NCBI GenBank assembly: GCA_964502805.1
Contig: CAZCYB010000006.1
Coordinates: forward strand, 19,734-83,733
DNA length: 64,000 nt
From: an uncultured Desulfocurvus sp.
Lineage (GTDB): Bacteria > Desulfobacterota > Desulfovibrionia > Desulfovibrionales > Desulfovibrionaceae
Direction: 5' to 3'
Position numbers and translations under genes: made by a program. The notes below the pieces were generated by a model that saw only the letters and a program-made list of their open reading frames with translations, was not told the DNA's origin and ran no database searches. Positions 57,655 to 64,000 of the stretch are shown here, one piece after another; position 1 is the first letter of the stretch; each line of letters begins with the position of its first letter.

Positions 57655-58968
57655 TCACCTGCCCGTCTCGCTGCCCAGGCACATGAGCTGGCCCACGGCC
57701 CAGGGGCAGTGCCCGCAGGGCACGCTCTCGCCCAGGCAGTCCTGCTCGAAGGGCCCGGCGGCGCCGCAGGCGTCGCTGCACATGCCCATGTCGCAGTCGC
57801 CGCAGGCCGGGTACTCCCCGGCCCTGGCGCGCTGGCGGAAGGCCGCCCAGGCCGGGCCGTTCCAGAGTTCGGCGAGGGGGGTGGCGGCGATGTTGCCGAG
57901 GTGCGCGGGGTGTACGCGCTTGGGTTCGCCGTAGATGCGGCATTCGTAGCCGTGCCAGAGGAAGTGGCAGGGCGCGGCGTTGCCCTGCCAGTCGAGGAAG
58001 GCGGCGTCCGCCTCGATGAAGGCGCAGCGGCGGTCCCGGGCGCTGTCCGGGGCGGAGAGGGCGGGCAGGCGCAGGTCCAGGCCCGAGGCGGCTGCGCGCT
58101 GCCGGGCCTGCGCGAACAGGGCCTCCAGCTCCGCGAGCCGGGCGTAGTCCGTGCGCGCCAGGCGCCCCAGGTTCAGCCACAGGCCCTGCTCGTGGGCCTG
58201 CTGGTGCATGCGCCGGGCCAGGTCCACCAGGGCGTTCTCCTCGGGACCGCGCCGGAAGCGCATGGCCGCGCGGGTGAGGTCGGCCAGGTCCAGGCCCCTG
58301 GCCTCGGCCTCGCTCCGCCAGGCGGAGAAGAGGCGCAGGGCCGCGCCGCTGCACGGGTGGAACAGGGCCTCGGGCTCCTGCCCGGTCGTGGCGGGCAGCA
58401 GGTGGGTCACGAGCAGGAAGTCCAGGCCCGTGGCGCTGGCCCAGTCCACCAGGGTAGGCAACTGGAAGGCGTTGCCGCGCATGAGCACCACCTCCGCGCC
58501 CAGGCGCAGGGTCCTGCCCTGGGCCGTGGCGGCCTGGCGCAGCAGGGCGCAGCCGCGCGCGGCGACGTCCTCCTGGCCCGGCCCGTGGCCGTGCCCGGCG
58601 CCAGGGCCGCAGGCGTCGCCGTCCACGGAGAAGCACACGACGTCCAGCCCGGCGCTGGCGAGGCCTTCGGCGATCTCGGGGGTGAGCAGCAGGCCGTTGG
58701 TCTGCAGGCCGCACCAGCCTTCCCTGGGCTGGCAGGCCTTCACCAGGGCCACCATGCGTGGCAGGTCCGGGTGGGTCAGCGGCTCGCCCATGCCGTTCAA
58801 CACCACGGCCTCGGCGCGGGCGAGGTCCGGGGCCAGGCGCTGGAACAGGGCGAGGTCCATGTGCCCCTCGCCGCCCTGCCAGCCCGGCTGGTTCTTCACG
58901 CACATGGGGCAGGCCAGGTTGCAGCGCGTGGTGGTCTCCACGAAGAGGGTGCGCGGGAAGTCGCTCAT
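57655..58968 (-). CDS. Radical SAM / SPASM-domain enzyme, substrate unknown
   Basis: Radical SAM cluster motif TTRCNLACPMCV and the GMGEPLTHPD motif. The C-terminus is Cys-rich: CHFLWHGYEC...CGDCDMGMCSDACG...CGHCPW. Confidence 0.85.
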   Translation of the reverse strand: MSDFPRTLFVETTTRCNLACPMCVKNQPGWQGGEGHMDLALFQRLAPDLARAEAVVLNGMGEPLTHPDLPRMVALVKACQPREGWCGLQTNGLLLTPEIAEGLASAGLDVVCFSVDGDACGPGAGHGHGPGQEDVAARGCALLRQAATAQGRTLRLGAEVVLMRGNAFQLPTLVDWASATGLDFLLVTHLLPATTGQEPEALFHPCSGAALRLFSAWRSEAEARGLDLADLTRAAMRFRRGPEENALVDLARRMHQQAHEQGLWLNLGRLARTDYARLAELEALFAQARQRAAASGLDLRLPALSAPDSARDRRCAFIEADAAFLDWQGNAAPCHFLWHGYECRIYGEPKRVHPAHLGNIAATPLAELWNGPAWAAFRQRARAGEYPACGDCDMGMCSDACGAAGPFEQDCLGESVPCGHCPWAVGQLMCLGSETGR

Positions 58969-58986
58969 GCCGGGAAGCGTCCGTCC

Positions 58987-60078
58987 TTAGGGTTTGCAGT
59001 CCACGTGGCACACGCCGGCCAGGGTTCCGGGGTCGTTCGGGAACCAGCGGCGCTTGAGCCACAGGGCCACGTTCACCAGCCCGATGAGCACCGGCACCTC
59101 CACCAGCGGGCCGATGACCGCGGCGAAGGCCTGGCCGGAGTCCAGCCCGAACACGGCCACGGCCACGGCGATGGCCAGCTCGAAGTTGTTGGACGCGGCG
59201 GTGAAGCTCAGGGTGGCGCTCTGGGCGTAGGTGGCCCCCGCCTTCCAGGAGAGCCAGAACGAGGCCAGGAACATGACCAGGAAGTAGATGAGCATGGGCA
59301 GGGCCACGCGCAGCACGTCCAGGGGCAGGGCCACCATGACCTCGCCCTTGAGGGAGAACATGACCAGGATGGTGAACAAGAGGGCCACCAGGGTGATGGG
59401 CCCGATCCTGGGCGCGAACTCCGTGTCGTACCATTCCCGGCCCTTGAGCTTGAGCCCGATGATCCGCGTGGCCAGCCCGGCCAGGAAGGGGATGCCCAGG
59501 TAGATGAACACGCTCTCGGCGATCTGGCCCATGGAGATGTCCACCGTCGCGCCTTCCAGGCCGAGCCAGCCGGGCAGCACGGTGAGGAAGACCCAGGCGT
59601 AGAGCGGGAAGAACAGCACCTGGAAAACGGAGTTGAAGGCCACCAGCCCGGCGCAGTATTCGCGGTCGCCCCCGGCCAGGTCGTTCCAGACGATGACCAT
59701 GGCGATGCAGCGGGCCAGGCCGATGAGGATCAGGCCGGTCATGTAGGCGTGCTGGCCGGAGAGGAAGGCCACGGCAAGGCCGAACATGAGGATGGGCCCG
59801 ATGACCCAGTTCTGGACCAGGGACAGCGCCAGCACGCGGCCGTTGCGGAACACCTGGCCCATGAGCTCGTAGCGCACCTTGGCCAGGGGCGGGTACATCA
59901 TGAGGATGAGGCCCGCGGCTATGGGCACGTTGGTGGTGCCGCTCTGCATGCCGCCCACGGCCTGCTTGAGCGCCGGGAAGGCGTAGCCCGCCGCGATGCC
60001 CGCGAACATGGCCGCGAAGATCCACAGGGTCAGCCAGCGGTCCAGGAAGGACAGTTTGCGCGTCACGGACTCGGACAT
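58987..60078 (-). CDS. acr3: ACR3-family arsenite efflux transporter
   Basis: 363 aa beginning [24 protein letters not shown]...[15 protein letters not shown], with about 10 TM segments. Confidence 0.92.
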   Translation of the reverse strand: MSESVTRKLSFLDRWLTLWIFAAMFAGIAAGYAFPALKQAVGGMQSGTTNVPIAAGLILMMYPPLAKVRYELMGQVFRNGRVLALSLVQNWVIGPILMFGLAVAFLSGQHAYMTGLILIGLARCIAMVIVWNDLAGGDREYCAGLVAFNSVFQVLFFPLYAWVFLTVLPGWLGLEGATVDISMGQIAESVFIYLGIPFLAGLATRIIGLKLKGREWYDTEFAPRIGPITLVALLFTILVMFSLKGEVMVALPLDVLRVALPMLIYFLVMFLASFWLSWKAGATYAQSATLSFTAASNNFELAIAVAVAVFGLDSGQAFAAVIGPLVEVPVLIGLVNVALWLKRRWFPNDPGTLAGVCHVDCKP

Positions 60079-60103
60079 GGGTGCCTCCTTTGCTTTCTCG
60101 GGT

Positions 60104-60571
60104 CTACTTGGTCTTGCCGGGGCCGTTCAGGGCAGCCATGAAGTCGCGGGCCTCGTCGCCGCGCAGGAGCTCCGCCAGGCCCACCAGCCCGCCCACAAGG
60201 TAGCAGGCGTTGTAGCCCTTGGTGCTCAGGTAGACCATGGCGATGCTGGAGCGGTCGATGTGCGGGCAGGCCGTGACGATGACCTTGTCCCTGGGCAGTT
60301 CCCCGAGCCGGGCGGGCAGCTCGTTGAGGGGGATTTTCAGGGCGAAGCCGGGCCCCCAGGCCCGCTGCTCCTCGGGGAAGCGGATGTCCACCAGCACGGC
60401 CTGCTTTTTCACCAGCATGGCCAGCAGTTCCTTGCCCGAGCACTTCATTGTCTTGCGGGTCTCGTAGTCGAAGTCGCGGACGTAGGCGTCGAGGCTCATG
60501 GGCTCCTGGGCCAGGGCGGGGCGCGCCGTCAGCAGAAGCAGCGCGGCCAGCAGCAGGGCGGGAATTCTCAT
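60104..60571 (-). CDS. Periplasmic single-domain rhodanese (sulfurtransferase-like)
   Basis: Signal peptide [21 protein letters not shown]. Has [10 protein letters not shown] and the active-site loop CPHIDRS. The ATG is preceded by GGAGA. Confidence 0.8.
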   Translation of the reverse strand: MRIPALLLAALLLLTARPALAQEPMSLDAYVRDFDYETRKTMKCSGKELLAMLVKKQAVLVDIRFPEEQRAWGPGFALKIPLNELPARLGELPRDKVIVTACPHIDRSSIAMVYLSTKGYNACYLVGGLVGLAELLRGDEARDFMAALNGPGKTK

Positions 60572-60594
60572 GCGATTCTCCAGTGATTGTTTGC

Positions 60595-61317
60595 TCAGTT
60601 CAGCCCAACGCCCAAGAGCGGCGAGACGAGGAAATACACGCCCAGGAGGCCCACCAGCGCCCCGGCGGCGCGGCGAACCCACAGGCTGCCGCCGGAGAAG
60701 CCCTCCATGAGCCGCCGGGCCAGGGCCGCGGAGCTTCCGGCCAGGACGATGGGCAGGCAGTGCCCCAGGGCGAAGGCCAGGATGAGCAGGAAGCCCTCCA
60801 GGGCCCGGCCCTGGAAGGTGATGAGCGCCAGCATGGGCGCGAGGAAGCCGAAGGTGCAGGAGCCGGACAGCAGGCCGTAGCCCAGGCCCAGGGCCAGGGC
60901 GCCGGGCAGTCCGCGCAGGGTCAGCCGCGCAAGGGCCCCGCCGCCCAGACGGCACCTGGCCACCCCGAGCATGTCCAGGGCCAGCCAGAGCAGCGCAGCG
61001 CCCACGGGCAGGGTCCACCAGGGGCCGATGTCGCCCAGCATGCGGCCCAGCAGGGCGCAGGCCAGGCCCACCAGCGCGATGGTGGCGAACAGCCCCAGGG
61101 TGAAGGCCAGGGCGTAGCGCACGGCCTCGCGGCCTTCCACCAGCCGCCCCTGCCCGGCCACGTAGCCCACCATCAGCGGGATGGAGGCCAGGTGGCAGGG
61201 GCTGAACAGCACGCTCACCAGCCCCCACAGGAAGGCCCCGGCCAGCGCCAGGGCCAGGCCGGACATGCCGTCCAGGGCCATCCAGGCGTTGATGGTGAGC
61301 AGCAGCTGGTCGAACAT
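60595..61317 (-). CDS. ccdA: CcdA/DsbD-family transmembrane thiol-disulfide electron transporter
   Basis: 240 aa with six TM segments. The two signature Cys are in LFSPCHL and SGSCTFGF. Confidence 0.85.
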   Translation of the reverse strand: MFDQLLLTINAWMALDGMSGLALALAGAFLWGLVSVLFSPCHLASIPLMVGYVAGQGRLVEGREAVRYALAFTLGLFATIALVGLACALLGRMLGDIGPWWTLPVGAALLWLALDMLGVARCRLGGGALARLTLRGLPGALALGLGYGLLSGSCTFGFLAPMLALITFQGRALEGFLLILAFALGHCLPIVLAGSSAALARRLMEGFSGGSLWVRRAAGALVGLLGVYFLVSPLLGVGLN

Positions 61318-61329
61318 GTTCCCGCCCCG

Positions 61330-61710
61330 CTATTTGGCCAGCAGCAGGTTCAGCCTGGCCGAGATGGCCTGCTTGTCCATGAAGCCCTCGTGGCGCGAGA
61401 CCTCGCGCCCGCTCCTGTCGTAGAAGATCTGGGTGGGGATGGCCCGGATGCCGAACCGCTTCGCCGCGTCGTAGTCCTCGCGCACGTCGATGAACACCAC
61501 CGCCGCCCGGCCCCTGTACTCGCGTTCCAGCTCCACCAGGATGGGCGCCATCATCTTGCAGGGGATGCACGTCTTGGCGCCCAGGTCCACCATGGTCACC
61601 ATGCCCTTCACCGGCACGGCGGGAGAGGCGGGCGCCGCCAGGGCGGGCGCGCGCAGCAGCCCGGCGCCCAGCAGGACCGCGAGGCACAGCAGGGCTATGC
61701 GCCGAGCCAC
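61330..61710 (-). CDS. Exported thioredoxin-fold protein (CIPC active site)
   Basis: Signal-like segment ARRIALLCLAVLLGAGLL, then DLGAKTCIPCKMMAPIL...IPTQIFY. The GTG start at 61710 was chosen; the ATG at 61749 is also possible. Confidence 0.78.
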   Translation of the reverse strand: MARRIALLCLAVLLGAGLLRAPALAAPASPAVPVKGMVTMVDLGAKTCIPCKMMAPILVELEREYRGRAAVVFIDVREDYDAAKRFGIRAIPTQIFYDRSGREVSRHEGFMDKQAISARLNLLLAK

Positions 61711-61940
61711 GCCAGCACGTCCTTCTTGGAAGGCACCCTGCCCGAGCACTTCACCACGCCGTCCACCACCACCGCAGGGGTGGCGAACACGCCCAGCATG
61801 GCCATCTCCTGGAAGTCGGAGACCTTGACCACCTCGGCGCTGTTCCTGATGTCCGGCCCGGCCTCGGCCACGGCCTCACGCACCAGCCTCTCCGTCTCGT
61901 GACATTTGGGGCAGCCCGGCCCCAGCACCTTGATCAGCAT
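61695..61940 (-). CDS. TM0996/MTH895-type small thioredoxin-like protein (redox-active disulfide protein 2)
   Basis: 81 aa: MLIKVLGPGCPKCHETERLVREAV...ATPAVVVDGVVKCSGRVPSKKDV. Confidence 0.8.
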   Translation of the reverse strand: MLIKVLGPGCPKCHETERLVREAVAEAGPDIRNSAEVVKVSDFQEMAMLGVFATPAVVVDGVVKCSGRVPSKKDVLAWLGA

Positions 61941-61951
61941 ATGGTTCGCTC

Positions 61952-62554
61952 CTATTTTTTCAGCTCGGCCACGATGCCCGAGAGCGGCCGTCCGTCCGGG
62001 GTCTTGGCGCCCGGGTTGATCTCGATGAGCCTGCCCCAGGTGGCGGCGGCCCCGGCCTTGTCGCCGGTGTCGTGCAGCTGCACCACGCCCATGTTGTACA
62101 GGGCGTTCTCGTGGCGGGGGTTGATGGCCAGGGCGGCGTTGAAGGCGTCGATGGCCTTCCCGGGCTGCTTGTCCTCGCGGTGCATGATGCCCAGGTCCGT
62201 CCACACGTCCGGGCTGGCCTTGCCCAGGCCCAGGGCGGTCTCGTAGGCGCGGATGGACAGCTTGGCCTGGTGGGTGTCGAAGTACAGGTTGCCCAGCTCG
62301 ATCCACTGGGCCTGGTCCTTGGGGTTGGCGGCGGTGGCGGCCTCCAGCTCCTTGATGCGCGCAAGCTCGGCGGCGTGGTCGTGGCCGTCCGCCCCGGGGC
62401 CTTCCGGCTGGGCCTGGCCCATGGCCTGGGCCTTGGGGGCCGCCGGGGCCTTGAGCTCCATGAACACCGTGCCGCCGTAGAAGCCCACGGCCAGGGCCAC
62501 CAGCACCGCCGCAATGAGTTCGCCCTTGCCGAAGGTCCGCGCTTTCTCCGCCAT
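61952..62554 (-). CDS. Membrane-anchored TPR-repeat protein (CcmH/NrfG-like appearance)
   Basis: N-terminal TM segment LIAAVLVALAVGFYGG. TPR-like repeats follow: WIELGNLYFDTHQAKLSIRAYETAL, WTDLGIMHREDKQPGKAIDAFNAAL, NALYNMGVV. Confidence 0.7.
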   Translation of the reverse strand: MAEKARTFGKGELIAAVLVALAVGFYGGTVFMELKAPAAPKAQAMGQAQPEGPGADGHDHAAELARIKELEAATAANPKDQAQWIELGNLYFDTHQAKLSIRAYETALGLGKASPDVWTDLGIMHREDKQPGKAIDAFNAALAINPRHENALYNMGVVQLHDTGDKAGAAATWGRLIEINPGAKTPDGRPLSGIVAELKK

Positions 62555-62591
62555 GTGCTCTCCTTGTGCCGCCCTCGCCTGGGGGCGGCGG

Positions 62592-62987
62592 TTATTTCAG
62601 TTCGCTGGCCGCCAGGCGCCCGGCGCGCAGCAGCAGTTCCTCGGGCAGGGCCTCGTGCTCCTGGCCGTCCACGCACAGGGTCCGGCAGTCCGTCTGGCCG
62701 CCCAGCATGTCGCAGCAGGACTGGCAGTGGTTCATGCCCACGGCCACCTCGTGCCGTTCGCCCAGGATGTCCTCCACGGCCCGGCCGTTGAAGAACACGC
62801 GGTTTGACTCCTCCACCGCGAAGGGCGGCAGGGCCTTTTCCGTCAGAACCACCTCGATGTCCAGGGGGGCCAGTTCGGCGCGCAGGGTCTCGGCCATGCG
62901 GCGCACGCTCTGGCCGGTGTCACCGCAGCGCTGGCAGGTACCGCCGTCCACGGTCACGCGCTGCCACAGGATTTCCAGCCGCTTCAT
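62592..62987 (-). CDS. DUF2703-like Cys-rich small protein
   Basis: 131 aa with CQRCGD near the N-terminus and CQSCCDMLGGQTDCRTLC later. It sits directly after the permease, a pairing I recall for DUF2703. Confidence 0.65.
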   Translation of the reverse strand: MKRLEILWQRVTVDGGTCQRCGDTGQSVRRMAETLRAELAPLDIEVVLTEKALPPFAVEESNRVFFNGRAVEDILGERHEVAVGMNHCQSCCDMLGGQTDCRTLCVDGQEHEALPEELLLRAGRLAASELK

Positions 62988-62997
62988 GGCGTTTCTC

Positions 62998-64000
62998 CTA
63001 CAGGATTGCGTTGAACAAGAAGCCCACGAGCATGATGCCGGAGCCCACCACGCCCACGAAGGTCCAGATGAGCCGGGGCTTGAGCACCTTGCGCAGGATC
63101 ACCAGCTCCGGCAGGGAAAGGGCGATGACGGCCATCATGAAGGCCAGCACCGTGCCCAGGGCCGCGCCCTTTTCCAGCAGGGCGTGCACCACGGGCACGA
63201 TGCCAGCGGCGTTGGAATACATGGGCACGCCGATGGCCACGGCCACGGGCACGCTCCACCAGGCGCCCTTGCCCATTATGGAGGCCAGGAAGCCCTCGGG
63301 CACGTAGCCGTGGATGCCCGCGCCCACGGCGATGCCCGCCACCACCCAGGGCCAGACCTTGCCCACGATGTCGCGCACGGCGGCCCAGCCGGCGTCCAGC
63401 CGCCCGGCCCAGGTCGGCTCCGGGCCCGCCTCGCCGCCGGTGGCGTGCACGTTCTTCACCCAGCCCTCCAGGTGCTCCTCCATGCCCAGCTTGCCGATGA
63501 CCAGGCCGCTGACGATGGCCACGGCAAGCCCGGTGCCCATGTACAGGGCCGCCACCTTCCAGCCCAGCAGGCCATAGAGCAGCACCACGGCGATCTCGTT
63601 GACCATGGGCGCGGAGATGAGGAAGGAGAAGGTGACGCCAAGCGGCACACCCGCGCCCAGAAAGCCTATGAACAGCGGCACGGCGGAGCAGGAGCAGAAG
63701 GGCGTGACGATGCCCAGCAGGGCGGCCAGCACGTTGCCCACGGCGGTTCTCTTCCCGGCCAGCAGCCGCCGGGTGCGCTCCGGGGTGAAGAAGCTGCGGA
63801 TGACGCCCACGCCGTAGACCACCAGGGCCAGGAGCAGCAGCACCTTGGGCGTGTCGTAGAGGAAGAACTCCACGCTGGCGGCCAGGTGGGTGCCGCGCTC
63901 CAGGCCCAGGGCGGAGTAGGTCAGGGCGGCGGCCAGGCCGGGCAGGCTTGCGTAGGCCAGCCACCAGGCCGCCAGCCCACCGGCCAGGGCGGCCAGCCTG
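62998..64000 (-). CDS. ArsP/YraQ-like (UPF0718) permease, N-terminus beyond window
   Basis: Contains FFLYDTPKVLLLL...GIVTPFCSCSAVPLFIGF...SAPMVNE. The reading frame stays open and hydrophobic upstream of the track's GTG at 63873 (…LAAWWLAYASLPGLAAALTYSALGLERGTHLAAS), so the gene probably starts beyond 64000. Confidence 0.85.
   Translation of the reverse strand, partial: RLAALAGGLAAWWLAYASLPGLAAALTYSALGLERGTHLAASVEFFLYDTPKVLLLLALVVYGVGVIRSFFTPERTRRLLAGKRTAVGNVLAALLGIVTPFCSCSAVPLFIGFLGAGVPLGVTFSFLISAPMVNEIAVVLLYGLLGWKVAALYMGTGLAVAIVSGLVIGKLGMEEHLEGWVKNVHATGGEAGPEPTWAGRLDAGWAAVRDIVGKVWPWVVAGIAVGAGIHGYVPEGFLASIMGKGAWWSVPVAVAIGVPMYSNAAGIVPVVHALLEKGAALGTVLAFMMAVIALSLPELVILRKVLKPRLIWTFVGVVGSGIMLVGFLFNAIL

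Noticed and set aside
60104-62987. Possible selenocysteine (in-frame TGA) recoding in the thiol-redox genes.
   Set aside because: All redox motifs (CPHIDRS, CIPC, CPKC, CcdA Cys pair, DUF2703 Cys clusters) are encoded with Cys codons in uninterrupted ORFs. No truncated ORF needs a TGA read-through.
58987-64000. Calling this region a canonical ars operon.
   Set aside because: No ArsR, ArsC, ArsA, ArsD or ArsM-like ORF could be recognised in the window. Only ACR3 is a firm arsenic marker, so the cluster is reported as a hypothesis rather than annotated as ars.

Overview
Very GC-rich bacterial chromosome segment (by eye about two-thirds G+C, not computed). Gene content and order look like a Desulfovibrio-type sulfate reducer, but that assignment is inference only. 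No rRNA, tRNA, CRISPR array, transposase or integrase was seen.

Layout:
- 1-16.1 kb, all minus strand, core housekeeping: ymdB-like (partial), rny, a 6S-like RNA, zapA, a small coiled-coil ZapB-like ORF, glmU, the F1 and b/b' part of the ATP synthase (atpC-D-G-A-H-F-F'), then rodA-mrdA-mreD-mreC-mreB.
- 16.2-17.8 kb: TIGR01212-type radical SAM protein and ogt.
- 17.9-26.5 kb: accessory-looking island with a 2079-aa FecR-headed RTX protein, a secreted protein with a Lys/Ala-rich tail, and a polytopic membrane protein.
- 26.5-31.1 kb: two tandem kup K+ transporter paralogs. Each has its own promoter, a c-di-AMP (ydaO/kimA-class) riboswitch and an SD-sequestering helix.
- 31.2-34.2 kb: sigma28-type promoter, then tatA-like, motA, motB and a YcgR-like PilZ gene.
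- 34.4-41.2 kb: rnhA, unknown membrane and lipoprotein genes, a Ser/Thr kinase fused to DUF1566, an FAD oxidoreductase, a HAD hydrolase and an HD-GYP protein.
- 41.4-45.7 kb: fliK-flgD-flgE.
- 45.9-48.6 kb: GT9 and CgeB-like glycosyltransferases.
- 48.8-54.9 kb: a PAS-GGDEF(degenerate)-EAL protein, and an operon of two LivK-like binding proteins plus a Cache-HAMP-PAS-GGDEF cyclase.
- 55.1-64 kb, all minus strand: murJ, gluQ, an orphan radical SAM/SPASM enzyme, ACR3, a periplasmic rhodanese, CcdA, a thioredoxin, a TM0996-type mini-thioredoxin, a TPR protein, DUF2703 and an ArsP/YraQ-like permease (partial).

Best leads:
- the twin riboswitch-kup module;
- the unannotated 6S-like RNA;
- the transporter-less PBP-PBP-diguanylate cyclase operon;
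- the 57.6-64 kb thiol-redox/metalloid cluster with its orphan rSAM/SPASM enzyme.

All homology calls come from motif recognition by eye. No searches were run.
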